64,000 nt of DNA from Iphione sp. A-MEVVRFRX5 (Eukaryota): assembly GCA_976226885.1 (NCBI GenBank), contig OZ320313.1, forward strand, positions 124,062,001-124,126,000. Reading direction: 5' to 3'. Both the position numbers and the translations under genes were made by a program. Numbering within the stretch: the first letter of the stretch is position 1; each line of letters opens with the position of its first letter. Positions 13,258 to 26,035 of this stretch are shown here, piece by piece. The notes under the pieces were generated by a model. The model worked only from the letters and a program-made list of their open reading frames with translations. It ran no database searches and had not been told where the DNA came from.

Positions 13258-13957
13258 GCAAATTCTTGAAGCACCTTGGCTTTTCTGCCTTCCCCATAAC
13301 CAATGGCTCCTCAAAGGCACCTGTCATAGAGACACATAGACAGAGGGTCAGCTCATCTTAAGATTTCTTGCCCCCAGCCATATTTGACTTCTTGACTGCT
13401 AATGTCCTGTCAGGCATCGATGTGTAGAAGATGCTGGTTTCATCTACACTGTAGTGGTCTTCCTCCTTGTAATCTTGGATGAGTGCTAGAAGTCTTTGGT
13501 GCCAATTATCAACCACTGTGGTATTAACAATGTAGGTACTGCTTCTCTCTCCTGATACCTTCTGCCCAGAAATTCAATGTTTTGACTTGAAATCTGTCAG
13601 CCAACTACCAGATGCCCTGAAGTTCTGGATGCCTATGTCAGTGGTCATGGTCAAGGTCCTGGCATGTATCCTAGGCCCTGGCACAGGGATCCCATGAGTC
13701 CTGATCTTGGTGAACCAGGAGAACATGGCATTGTCCAGTCTCTCAAACCCAAGAGTAATGCACTTCCCTTTCACCTGGAAGTTGTAGGACTTCTCATAAT
13801 CATCAAGAATGCTGGCATTTCTCTTCAAAATGGAGTAAACTAGTGATTTTGCTATTCCAAAGTCAGTGGCTAACTACCTCCGTGATTTCCCACAGGCTGA
13901 CTTGATGAACTTGACTTTTCCCTCCAAACTCAATTCCTTCCCCTGGGGAGATGCCAT
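13258..13957 (-). mobile_element. Tigger/pogo (CENP-B-type HTH + DDE_1 N-terminus) transposase pseudogene
   Basis: From ATG at 13957: MASPQGKELSLEGKVKFIK...LATDFGIAKSLVYSILKRNASIL...LDNAMFSWFTKIRTHGIPVPGP...NFRASGSWLTDFKSKH*ISGQKVSGE...YSVDETSIFYTSMPDRTL...GGKKS*DELTLCLCVSMTG...PLVMGKAEKPRCFKN. These are the HTH_psq, CENP-B HTH and DETG...KPRCFK motifs of TIGD4/6-like transposases, with three in-frame stops. Confidence 0.9.
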
Positions 13958-16900
13958 GCTGTATACACTGGCTCAGGCATGTACATATTGGCTCAGGGGT
14001 TTGTGAAGTGGAGAGTAGAGGGTGAATATAGTGATTCTGTAGAGATTGTTGGAATCTGAAATTGTTGTTGTTTGTGCGGGCTTGAGCTCCTTTGAAGGGG
14101 GAGCCAATTGCTTCACCAGTGCAACAGCACAATGCTGGATTTTGGGGGCTTCAGGCCTAGTTGTGTTTCTATTGTTTTGTTTCTGTGTGTAGGTGTTTTT
14201 TGAGCACTCGTGCACTCACCAATAACTGGCTCTTGTTGGGAGTTTTTTTTGTTGAGGGTGTGGATGTTGGTGTGAGTCTGTCATCCGTTGCTTCATTCTT
14301 GCTGTTGTTGTTTGCCCATTACAGGAAGAGAGGGAGAGCCAGATGCAGAAGTTAGAAGAACTAAGACCATGCAAGGTAGGGGCTGTACATCCCACTTTTG
14401 CATGCCATTGCTGTTTCTGGTGCCCTGCCTTCAGGGGGCTCTTGTGAGGTAGCTTGGACACCCCATAGGGTTGTGCAATGAGTTTCTTCTAGGTATGGGG
14501 TGTTGAGTATGCAAGGCTTATGCAATGGTGGAGCAGACACTTATGCATGCCACAGCTGGGGTTTTCTCCTGCCTCCATATAGATCCATGCATCTGGGATG
14601 GGCTATACACCTGGGTGCCTGGGGCAGCCTTGAGGAACATGAAACCAACTGCCCAATTTATATACTCATGGGCCTGGGGAGGTCAAAGAAATGCCTAAGC
14701 AGAGATTCTCTCAAGTCAAAATGCCTAAGGAGGTGTGACATGCATCACAAAGAGTATGATCAAGGTGCGACCAAGATGCGCCTGAGATGAAAGAGAGGGT
14801 GAATTGTTAAGTATACCCACAGTTCCCAACTTCAGAGGTGTGATATACATCAGAGGGAGTACTGTAATCTAATGTGTGTTGTCGCTCTACTTGGAAATAA
14901 TCCAACTATTTTACTACTAATCCTGGCTTAGTATTCCTTCAGTTAATCCAATTGGTTATCCCTTATGTTCCCCTAATGGTAGCTCCAAGTAGTTAATGGT
15001 TCCTTAGCAGAGAGACAAGTTCCACAAGGCAGTTCCAAGTGCAGACTGGTTTATTGGCCACACAGGACCCATATTTATAGCAGACATACATGTCATGTGA
15101 CCAACTCAATGTATCCAAAAATTAAATAAAGTTGATACATTACTCTTGTCTGTCTCTTCTGTCAATCAAACCTGGGGGCACTGAATGCAACAGTTGGGCC
15201 CCTTTAGTCAAGTTCCCCGTCAGGTAGGTTCCTACTCTACAAAATTCCCAAGTGTATACATATAGGCAATGTACTAAAAACAATTTGGTCCGATGGTACA
15301 ATGGTCTCTCACCCAATCTGGTCTCTCCCGCGATCTGGTCTCTATGCGGGTCCAGTGTATTGGCCTGAGATTAAGAATTTTGCATAGCAAGCCTGTGTGG
15401 TCTCATTGATTCTCCTATGTATTATTCCGCAACCATCAATTAGTGATGTTACTTTCCATATTATTTTTAGAGATTTTATCATTTATGAAATGCTTTTGAA
15501 AATAACCCGGCCTTGCAGTTCTTATGAATGAATGAAATACTAAGCACAGCTACCCGTGTTTTTCTGTGATCTGTCAAATATGCTATACATAACCTTTCAG
15601 AAAATGCCAATCAGTTTCCGGACAATAATCTATCAATGGCAATATTACCTTGTGTTGTAAAGTGGAAAGGATCGTTTAACTGTCTACCCATATTGTTTAT
15701 TAAATTTCCTCATGTGTGCCATTGGCATCAGCGTCCAGGAAAAAGCAAAATGTGTACCATAGACTATGTTGCACATATTATGGACATATCTGTTGTTAAA
15801 CACCAAACAGGTTCCGTATACCTGGCAAAGTAATCGCTACCTGTTCTTTCAGGCGCACCTGTAATTGAACTGTGTACATATGTGAGAATTCAACCAGATG
15901 GCTTGGAGGGATCACGAAAGCATGGTATATACGTGCGAATTTGAACAGATGTCTGCATAAATCATGCAATACGATGCTGTTGGTTGGACTGTACTGCTGT
16001 ATGGGTATCCTTTCTTACCTGGCGTTCTGCACGGAGATTTACATGGCCGTCCTCACCAGCCGTAGGTGATCGTTTTGAAGACAGTTGTTAATTCCAAATT
16101 TACCTTAAATTTGTTGGAGAGAATAATACAGGTCGGAGCTACCTTACCGGGTTGACTTCTTTGAGGACCAAGATATCAGTAAGTAGATTTTTTTGCACCT
16201 TACCCTGCAACTAAAACGTGTGATATTTCATTGTACGTTGTTTATTTCTAGGGCAAATGTTCCTAATTTGTTGACAGTTTTGTTGAAATATTGAGGAGTG
16301 TTTCAGTCACATGTGAATGTCATGTAATATCTTGTACCAGCTTGATGCTGTAGTGGTTTCCTTCTGTATCAATTTCTCGTAATATCAGTACCTTTTTCCC
16401 AACTGCTTTAAGATGATCACAGTTTCAGCCCATTCACAAAACGGAGTGTACTCGATCTGGAAGAAAATGTAGGATGAATGGGAAATTAGTTCCCACTGGA
16501 CTGTAGATATTGAAATATTGTGTAAAAAGGGTTCGTCTAAGGGAGAGCAATATTATGTGAAGGGTGAATCCAATCGTAGTGATAAGCTAACCTATAAAAT
16601 ACCTGTAATGTTTTAGCTACAGCAAAATATTTCAGAATGGACAGTCCGTTATTGTGCATCAAGCTGTCATGATTTCTTATCTGTTCTCCTCACAGTAGAG
16701 GTTTTTAAAGATATGTCCTAATGTTTAGTCTGTCCTCATTTTTAGTCTGTCTTTCCTGTCTGAAAGTGAAATTTGCTCCATTCAAGAATAATCGCATAAC
16801 TCCAGCGTTCCCTCACCCTGTAGACACTGAATTATTGCGATCACTTCCCAAATAAGATCAATGATGCAAGGAACACAATTTATATCCATGTAAGAATGTA

Positions 16901-18699
16901 TAAATTTTAAATACACCTTAAACATACAAAGCCTGGAATCGGGATAGTGTAGAGTATACTACACTGATAGTGAGTAACACTGGATACTAGTGGGTGGGGA
17001 GGTGTGTATCAGTTATCAGTGGGATACATTACAATGCTTATTGAACAAATTTTGTCATTACAACATATTTATATTATAAAGGCATAAGCTGGTGAAGATA
17101 TCAAATAAAGAGGTTGGGTACATCCTTTTGGCACCCCTTAAATAGTGGATACGAAGGTAAGACTGCCACCCATGGTTGTAATCTCGGCTAGATGCACGTC
17201 GAGCAAAATGCCACTGTATGTGCAGTCTAAATTTTTTAATCAATTACTTTGTTCAGAAAATGTATAAAATGTGTATATATAAAAACAAACATCAATTCTA
17301 AAATCAAATCGTGATCTTTGTTATATAAAGAAAATGACGAGATTTGTAAAAAAGTGGTTGGAAATGTCTTCATTCTATAGAACAAATATTAGTGCCATTT
17401 ATATCAGAAAAGGTGGATTAGGAAGCAATAGCAAATAACTGCTTGGCAGAACAACAGCTAATACGCTTTATCTTTACATGAGTTTTAAAATGGTATAAAG
17501 GTTTAGATCTATGGCACACATAATTGTCTACCCCTCTCAGCAGGCCATATATAGGAAATATCATTAACCGTGACTTTCCCAGTTATTCATGGGAAACTGG
17601 ATTGACCAAGTAGAATAAAACTGCATTAATGTTTTACAATTTCTCAAAGAAATAGATAATGTTTGAAGGAATGAAGATTCTTACACACCGGCACAAAACT
17701 TTTTCATCGGCCGAAAAATTTGCGTCGCTTCTACCGACACATTTTCTTGCCATGCATTTATCAATGAAGTGGGTGTTTACATCTTAAGTCCACTGGTTCT
17801 GATCCTTTCATCTGACAGCAATGATCGGAGGGGCCAATTTACCTGTCTTCTAATGCTTTGTGCAGGTGTCCAACAGTACATCCCCATATTTCACCTGTTA
17901 CTATCTCTTCCGTGCTACTATTGGCTCCCCACCTTTCCAAATATTGCTTATATTACTGGTTAATCGTCCATTTTACATAATTCAAAAACAGGGTCATCAT
18001 GATGACGGACTATGGGTATTGGATAAACCTCAATGAAAAGCATTTTTTGCAAATTCCGAAACCTGTAGTATTAAACTGTACTGCTTAGATATGCTGTACC
18101 TTATTACATATATGTAGATATAGTTGTGCATTTGTTTAAGATGTTACTGCCATAAAATCTCTACTAACGCCTAATAAGCGGTTTATACACGTACACTGTA
18201 CATGAACATAAGTGTATGATCAAAAGCTGGTTGTCTCTCCGTCTCCCTGTTTCTCGATCACTATTTAGAATAGAGTAAGAGATGCCTTATGATGAGTGAC
18301 TATAGTATTTAAACCTGCACTTAAGCTGTCCTATTATAAGTATAATCTATCCTATTAAATCAGCCCTCTGCCCATACATATTTGAAGCTTTCACGGCGAT
18401 TCTTCTTTGATCTTTTCCTATATTCTGTGTTCTGATTCCTCATGCACTATAATACCTCTAGTAAGATTTATTCGCCTGTCCCTTATTCCGCCAGGATTCA
18501 CAGTTATCCCTAACTTGATCCTCCAACTCATAACCTCATGTAATATTTTTCAAGACTGGAGACTATTTTCTTTCAGATGTGTCGTGTGCAGGTATTAAAC
18601 AAGGATCGGAAGTTGTAGACGACATGTGTAGAGGAATCGCCAGCGTCCGAGTTCGCGTCTCTTGGTGAACGAGTTTGAGCCGCACAAAGGAGACGAACA

Positions 18700-21600
18700 A
18701 TGGGGGATATTAGTAACAATCCAGACAAACCAGATGACCATCCAAAGCTGAACGGGACAGTAGAAACTGTCAACAAGCCTGCTGAGGAGTCCAAAGAAAG
18801 TGTTAGTTCACAAAAAGAATCGTCATGCTGGGTAGAGAAGTTAGATAGCAAATCCACTGATCTGCCAGCAAAGAAGACTGCAGTTGTAGTCCCAACGGTG
18901 CCGGCAATGAGTCAATCCAACAGAGATATCGAGAAGGGCATGGAGAACGATTCCATGCGCCCGGAGCCTACGTTACCTGCGGGGAAAAGGCTAATGAAAC
19001 ACAATTCGGTGTCATCCGTGGTTTCCGTAGCGAGTCTTGCGTCCAAGAAAGGCTGGGTCGACAACGCCAGCAACGCCAGCGAGGGCCCGGCCCCACCCGG
19101 CAGGCGTAACACGCAAAGAAAGTTTCAAAATATCAAATCCAAACATGCATTCGGCGCAGTGGAAGAGGAGAAGATGATCACAGAGTCCTTGCTCCACGGG
19201 GCTCTTAGACCTCTTTTATTTTGTATGAAAGTGACGGGCATTTTTTTCATACGAAAAAGGGGTCAGTTCGGCAAGTCGCTTAGAGAACTGATCAGAAGTT
19301 CCACACCGCTGCAAATCTATTGCATATTTATGAGCGTTGTACTTTTCCTCAATTTCTTGAGATCGATGTTTGCTTTCGACGAAAACGATGGTTTCAGCAA
19401 CACGATGTTCCTCAAGTTCCTAACAGCTATCTTCATGTACGAATCAGTGAGTGGGCATTCCTTCTCAATGCACCTTTTTTTCTACGACGATTTCCACAGT
19501 CTGTAGATAATTGGTTATACAGTAATGGAAATTTGGTTATGTCATGGGCAAAAGTAGAATTCGTTCAATTCCTAAATAGCTCTGCTAACGGTTTGCTGCA
19601 TTTCTCGCCCTTTTATGGAACGCGCACATAGTAAAGAGAGCAAGACCGCTCTTAAATTGCACGAATTCCATTTTTTGCGTATATCAGACACACTGATCTC
19701 TAATACGGTCAGTTCTTTCTTTACACATATTTTCAGTCGAGTCGAGCTGCATTGGCATATTGGCACGCTTATAGGAAATCCCATGGAATAGAGGAATTTT
19801 TTGTAACCTTCGAGAAGATATGTTATTCAGACGCCATCATACCTTACGAAACACCTCTGAAGTCAGTAATGCATGGATCTATAGTCTTCAGTATCTTGGT
19901 GAGTATCCTCTGCTTCTGTGATGAATTTCTTATTGGTACCAGGTAACAAGCCACCTGCTAATTTCGAGACTAATATTTAAACCCGTGGCTGCCTTGGGGG
20001 TTGGGTTTGAGGGGGTTAAATGTTAGTAAAATCCTTTGACAGTATTTATTACAACATAACATGATCAACATTATCTAGGGATAAAAATGAAGATACTGTG
20101 CAAAGGATGCATACAAATCCTACGGGCACCCTCTTCTAATCCCCCTCCTAGCCTTTGGTCTGTGATCACAATGAATAAAAGCCATTTCCTCAATTCATTA
20201 AATAGTACCCTAATTTCCAAAGGGCAAACAATCAAATGTAACCATCTATCTGGAGGAATGGGATAAACAAAGCTGACGCCTGTATCGTATACATTGTCGT
20301 GTGCTGAGTACATGTATAATGGAATATGGAACATCAGTAAGCAATAATCGACAAGCTAGCCTCACTAAAAATGCTGTACCAACACTAAAGACACGTTGGA
20401 ACCATTCTGCTGCATGCGCATATTCTTCATTCTGGTGGCTCCTTTCAATAACTGTGAATTGTTTTCTTTTCTTCTGAACTGTGCTTAGATTAGTCTCTTG
20501 AATATGGGATTCACTGCCTATGGAGTGTTTGGAACTGCATCCGACCAATTTGATTCTTACATTCTACCTGTACCGCCGGATGCTCCAGGTATGTTCCAAC
20601 AGATGACCCACTAAAGATTTGCGAAGTCATAGGCCCTTAGAACTGATATGTCTGGATAGAGATAGACGTTGAATTGAACAACATAGAAAACTTTACTTCT
20701 TCACCAGAAATCCAGACTGTATGGCTATGTTTTTCTAAATCAAACTACAAAAATACCAAAACTACTATCTAATTAATGCATAAACAGTCGAATCATTTCA
20801 GCACTAGCTCACTATAGCAACTCGTAGCTAAGTGCCCTCTCTTGGAATATATGAAGTGCAGTGCTTACAAGGCATATCTCACTTAAAGCATGGTTCTTAA
20901 ACCTCAATGCACTCTCATTTCCTGAATGGGGAATTTGACTATAAATGTAAAAACAACCCATGGTGCAGTTTTTGTGTGCACTTGGTTACAGTATGTACTC
21001 TGGCCATCCGAATCCCCTAAGGTGTGTCATACATTATGATAATCCACTGGATATTCGCTATTTTGTCGGTTGTTAGAAATCTCTAGGCTCCAAGGCTGAC
21101 ATAAAATGTCAAAGAGCTGTACATGATTCATAATGCGCAGATAATGAAAGATAGTTTACATACAGATAAACAAATCTGAATGAAACAGGACCAAAATTCC
21201 TTTGTAAAATGCTTTTGGCTTTTTAATGACAAAGTACCCCTGCTCCTCTTCTTTATACGTTAAAATCTCCCTCTAATGGAACTGCCCATGGCCATTCTCA
21301 AAGGTTGGTCCTGTCTGATATATCTTATTTGCTGTTAGCTATGGAGAGGACTCCAAGTATACAGCATTATTTCAATTCCACTGTGTTATATTTATAAATG
21401 TTTAGATATATGAATGTCAAAAACTATTATAAGCAACTAGATGCAATAACATGAAAAGAAATAGGATGGGCGTTGTCTAATCAGTATAGGAAGTGGTCTG
21501 AGATGCAGAAATCTTAACTAATGAAATCCAAACCATAATAAAGATATTACTGAAAGGACGTTGCCGATGATAGCAATAATAGTATGAATGCTCAACTGCT

Positions 21601-24266
21601 TATATAGGGGAGGTATATATTCTTTGTAATGTTAGATGAATTTGCGTGACTGTAGCTTGCTTATCATTAGTAACATGTTGTTTAAGTTAATATTATAAAT
21701 GTATGTGAACGTTACTATCTGGCTGCAAATACAATATTGCTTGCTTTTGCCTGTATAAATAAAGATATTAATAATAATTATAATAATTTGAGGGAGTTGA
21801 GAATCTTATAGAGAATGCCATTTTGTTCTTTTCAAATATTGTCCATTGCAGGTCTAGTTTCAATCAAGAGCTGGTCTTTAAATTAGTCTCTTGTGTGTGT
21901 CGTTAAATCTGTTGAGAAAATTTCTAACAGCGAAGTGACACAGTGGCTCTATCCTTTTCAGCGGTTGAGGCTATGAAAGTGTTCATCCTCATCCTGGTGC
22001 TCATCAACGGCCTTGTTGCTATGTTAAGTTTAAGCTTCTTCACTGTTATTTGTTTTGTTCTGTACAAGGAGTTTGAGTACCTGTGTAGGACACTTGTCAT
22101 GAAGGTAAGGGATAAAAACAGCTATGATAATAACACTATGTTGATAAGTTTCAGCAAGTATGTTGAACCCTGAAAACACGAGATTTCTCTCTAATCAACC
22201 GACAGACATTTCCGGGTACAAGCTTCCAAAAACTCTGTATACAAGACAACGTTCTGTAACTTATGTTTTGTTGGTAATTGCATGCTTTTGTATTTACCGG
22301 TCATCTGTTAAGGCACATTTTCATACATCTTTCTATCATTACCACAGTAAAAATACCATGGCTTCTCGGTCAAGAAAAGTGGCTTCCATAAGTCCTCATT
22401 CTCCATTTATGGACTGCCAGTACATGTGCTCCATACCCCATAACTTTTGGACAATATGGAAGAATGAATAATCAGTCTTAGGCCCAGGACCTGTGTTTAC
22501 ATTGTGTATGTCCTTGTAGTGTTTACCATTATGACACATATCTGTCACGTATCAAAATCACATATACATGTATATGTGTGTGTGATGGATAGACGTCGGC
22601 CTGACAGCCACTAAAAGGACATGAACAATCTTGATTTCTTCCCCTAAAAGAATTCAAAGGGCACGTACTGGGTATGAACGATGCAGATATGGGTGCTCAG
22701 CGTCAACATTACATCCATGACTTCAAAGGCCGATGTTGCATTAAAATCATTGTACGGATTTTATCCTTCGTAGATCCGTGATGATGGCTCTTTTACGGAT
22801 GATCTGGAGAAATTTCGCATCACTCACCAGAAGCGATGTAAACTGGTGGAGGATGCCGACATGATGTTCAAATACTACATCGCCAACACATACATGACGA
22901 ACGTACCGTTGCTCTGTGTTTTGCTCTATGTGATTGTCTACGCAGAAGGTAGTGACATCAGCTATCGACTCATCAACGCTTTTCGCCTGGTATATGTGCT
23001 CGTTCAAATGGCCGTGGTCTCCATAGCAGCTACTATGATCAATAACCAGGTAGGTTGAATTCACCCTCAGCCCCTGTTATATGTGTTTGTGTGTTTTCAC
23101 GGCCAATGCTACATTTGACGTTATTTTCGGAGCAGTCTGTACGAGGCTCCTTTAATGACTTGAAGACACCCAAACTGAGTGAGATGTTATTATGTATGTT
23201 CACACATACGTTTATGTTACAACCCATCCTGGACTGATTGGTGCACTACATGTACTTATACATCCCTATGCTTGAACACTTTATACATTTAGACAGGTTA
23301 CTTGAAAACAATGCGCACACACATTCAGGCAGTTCCACTGATGAATCCGTTTGCGTGAACAAATATATACTTATGTAAAAGGGCACATTCGTGTCAGGAA
23401 AGGTTCTGTTTCAAAGGTGATGAAGGACGACAAGAGAGGATGTCACTGTAACTAGTGTCCTTTTCGGTTTTTATTCCTAGGCACATGCTCCTCTAGGAGA
23501 TATTTATAGTATCAAAGTACAGAACACATCCCTTGAAAGGCAATTAGAGGTAAGTCATTAATAATAGCATACACAGCTTTGTAGAATTAAGAACTCCATG
23601 TATAGCATATGCCCCCATCAGATACAAATCTCGGGACTGGGACATATATAGAGCGTCTTCCTCAGGTTAATGTCCTTAGGAGGTCGGGAATTTAATGTAA
23701 ATATACATATAAATGCACACATTAACCTCTTGAAGTTCTTGCTGTTTCCAAAGAGTTAGTCTGTAAGTGGGTTTCGATTGTGTCATGCACATGCATTTTC
23801 AGCTATTTGTTGATAGTAATATAAAATGGACTCATTCCAGGTGAATATGTTCTTGAACAAGCTGACAGGGACTTCGATTGGTTTGACAGCATGGGATATG
23901 TTCGTGATAAATAAACCAACTGTGCTTACCGTAAGTCTTTTGTTTTGAAACGTCTTGTAAGGTTGATATCATCATCATTGATTTACCTAGATAAACTAAG
24001 TTATGCTCTGCTCATTTCCTCTGATATAGAGGTACACTTGAGCAAATTACGTCACAGAGACGTCCGTACATTTAAGTTTAGCCTTTTTGAAATTTCAGGT
24101 CATTGGTATGGTGCTTACCTACTTCTTTCTACTTGTGCAATTCAAGAACCCACTTGGAGAACCAACTGAGTGCAGATGTATGGTGAACGTCTCTAGTCAA
24201 CATCTTGGGACACTGATATATAGTCTAACAACAACTGACTATACTAGTAATTTCACGACACCATAA
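18700..24266 (+). CDS. Gustatory-receptor-like protein B (GRL, 7TM chemoreceptor/7tm_7 superfamily), 8 exons, 584 aa
   Basis: Exons 18700-19446, 19737-19898, 20489-20588, 21962-22104, 22774-23049, 23481-23549, 23841-23930 and 24099-24266 total 1755 nt. All junctions are GT-AG and phase-consistent; an in-frame TGA at 18676 lies upstream of the ATG. It aligns to GRL-A throughout (DDLEKFRI.HQKRCKLVE.AD..FK; HAPL..I.SIK; TAWDMF.INKP..LT) and has the TM7 motif TYFFLLVQF. Confidence 0.92.
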
Positions 24267-26035
24267 ATATGCCCTCTTCCTAATACTGCATGGAAGGCTC
24301 AGGAGAATATGAAAAGCATGTTTTACTTATTACGTCCTCCTTTTATTGTATTGTTTAAAAAAATAACAGCGCATACATAGACTGCAGGAAATACTTTTTG
24401 TAATACTAGAGGAAAAGTTTTTCAGTGGAGCTGAAGTTGATATAATGCTATTTAATATTGTCTTCGGTCAACATTATTTTAAACCTGATTGACTATGTGT
24501 ACAACTGCCGACTAAAGTTACTACCTTCAACATATACATTTAGATATATTTCACATTAAAGGGCAGAACTCAATAATATGTACACATGTATATAAGTAGT
24601 GGAAGATATACATATTCTACGGTGAGTCCCCCTTTCCAGACCACCCGCCCTCAATTTGGATTCCGCTGCCCTCCAGATCCCAGTGTTGTCTTCAATATTA
24701 TTGATTTTTATAAGGTTATATATCTCTTTTGTTTTGAATACAGATTAGCGCAATAATTAATCAATTTATAAATTCGATTGATATAGCTGGGGTGCTTTAA
24801 CTTTGCTAGCTGTGAAGTCCATAGCTAACCATGCGTAGCACGTATCTTACACTTTTGCACTAGAACGAACATACTACAATATATTTGCAGGCATCGCCTT
24901 AGAAATTGCGATACGTGGACCCGAATAAAATAAATATCTCCTTGGAATATGAGCATTTCCCAGAATAGGAAATGGTCGACTTTATAGTAATCAAAGTACA
25001 TACACAGATTTCCATTACAACAGATGTCTTCAAAAACCACTCTAATCCATGCTGAATACTGTGAACCTGTCACTCAGATAACTATTCAAACGTTATTTAG
25101 TGGTTCCCAAAAGAAATCGCACTATAACAAACTCACACCATAGCAGACTCCCGCCTCAATCACCTCAAACGATGATCAATTTCCACCTACCCCCATATAT
25201 ATCATCATCCTTCAGGGAAAGCTGTCTAAAGTAGAAGCTTTTACACGGATGACCCTGTAAGACGTCTTCAGATGAAAGTGTGTCTCATGTTTCATGTCCA
25301 TGTATAATGGCCGTAACACATCTGTATCTGTTACATATAGTACAATTGAAATCCGTTTCTCTGTTCAAGTCTGGTGGAATTTTCAGAAGCATTTTTTACG
25401 TCTAGCATGTTCTCCCTGTATAAGGTGGCCATTTTCCCCTCTTGACCCTAAAGGTTGGCTGTGTGATAATCCGCAAGTGATTGTGATGATAAAGCTTTTA
25501 CATTGTAAACATTCACATGTGATTAAACGTTTATTATATTTAACAGCTAGGTGCAAGACGAAGGAGTAAAGTAAATGCAATACCCCCACTAGGGCGGAGT
25601 AGCACTTATTTGGAGAAATTGCATGACAGCTTTAGCCTATGTATATTTGAAAACGCACAAGATCTGGATTGAGTAGAAATTTAAATGTCTATCTGACACC
25701 CTTTCATTCACATAATTCTCATCCCCAGATGACCAATGCTGTTCTGCCTTCTGTCATGTGTACGAATCTGTTATTCACCATTTTCTCTTGTCAAATAAAT
25801 GGTGGTGTTTCCTGGTGTTTCAGAGCATTGTGTTTATCCCACCACACCTTATACCACATATCACAATCAGCCAGGCTTCACATGTTTATTTTTTAAACTC
25901 TTTCTTATTACCTCATGCTGTATCCTATATAACATATATCTGTACACTATACAATAAACACTCTTTTTATTCAAAATGTTCTTGATTATTCTTGATTTTC
26001 AACTCCGAATAAAATATGACTGTGTTTCAACCTAA

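Noticed and set aside
16020-16080. Minus-strand TITYGW*GRPC considered as a selenoprotein (Rdx-like) motif
   Set aside because: Lacks the CxxU pattern, has no acceptor site, and no SECIS was identified.
17843-17950. Minus-strand WG...CTVGHLHKALED resembling a death-domain C-terminus
   Set aside because: An in-frame TAA follows the nearest acceptor and no other death-domain exons were found; likely chance.
25225-25290. GAAGCTTTT..GGATGA....AAGACGTCTTCA resembling a Penelope-associated minimal hammerhead
   Set aside because: The CUGANGA and GAAA core nucleotides are not correctly present. Other CTGATGA/CTGAAGA hits inspected in the window also lacked a paired stem II plus GAAA.
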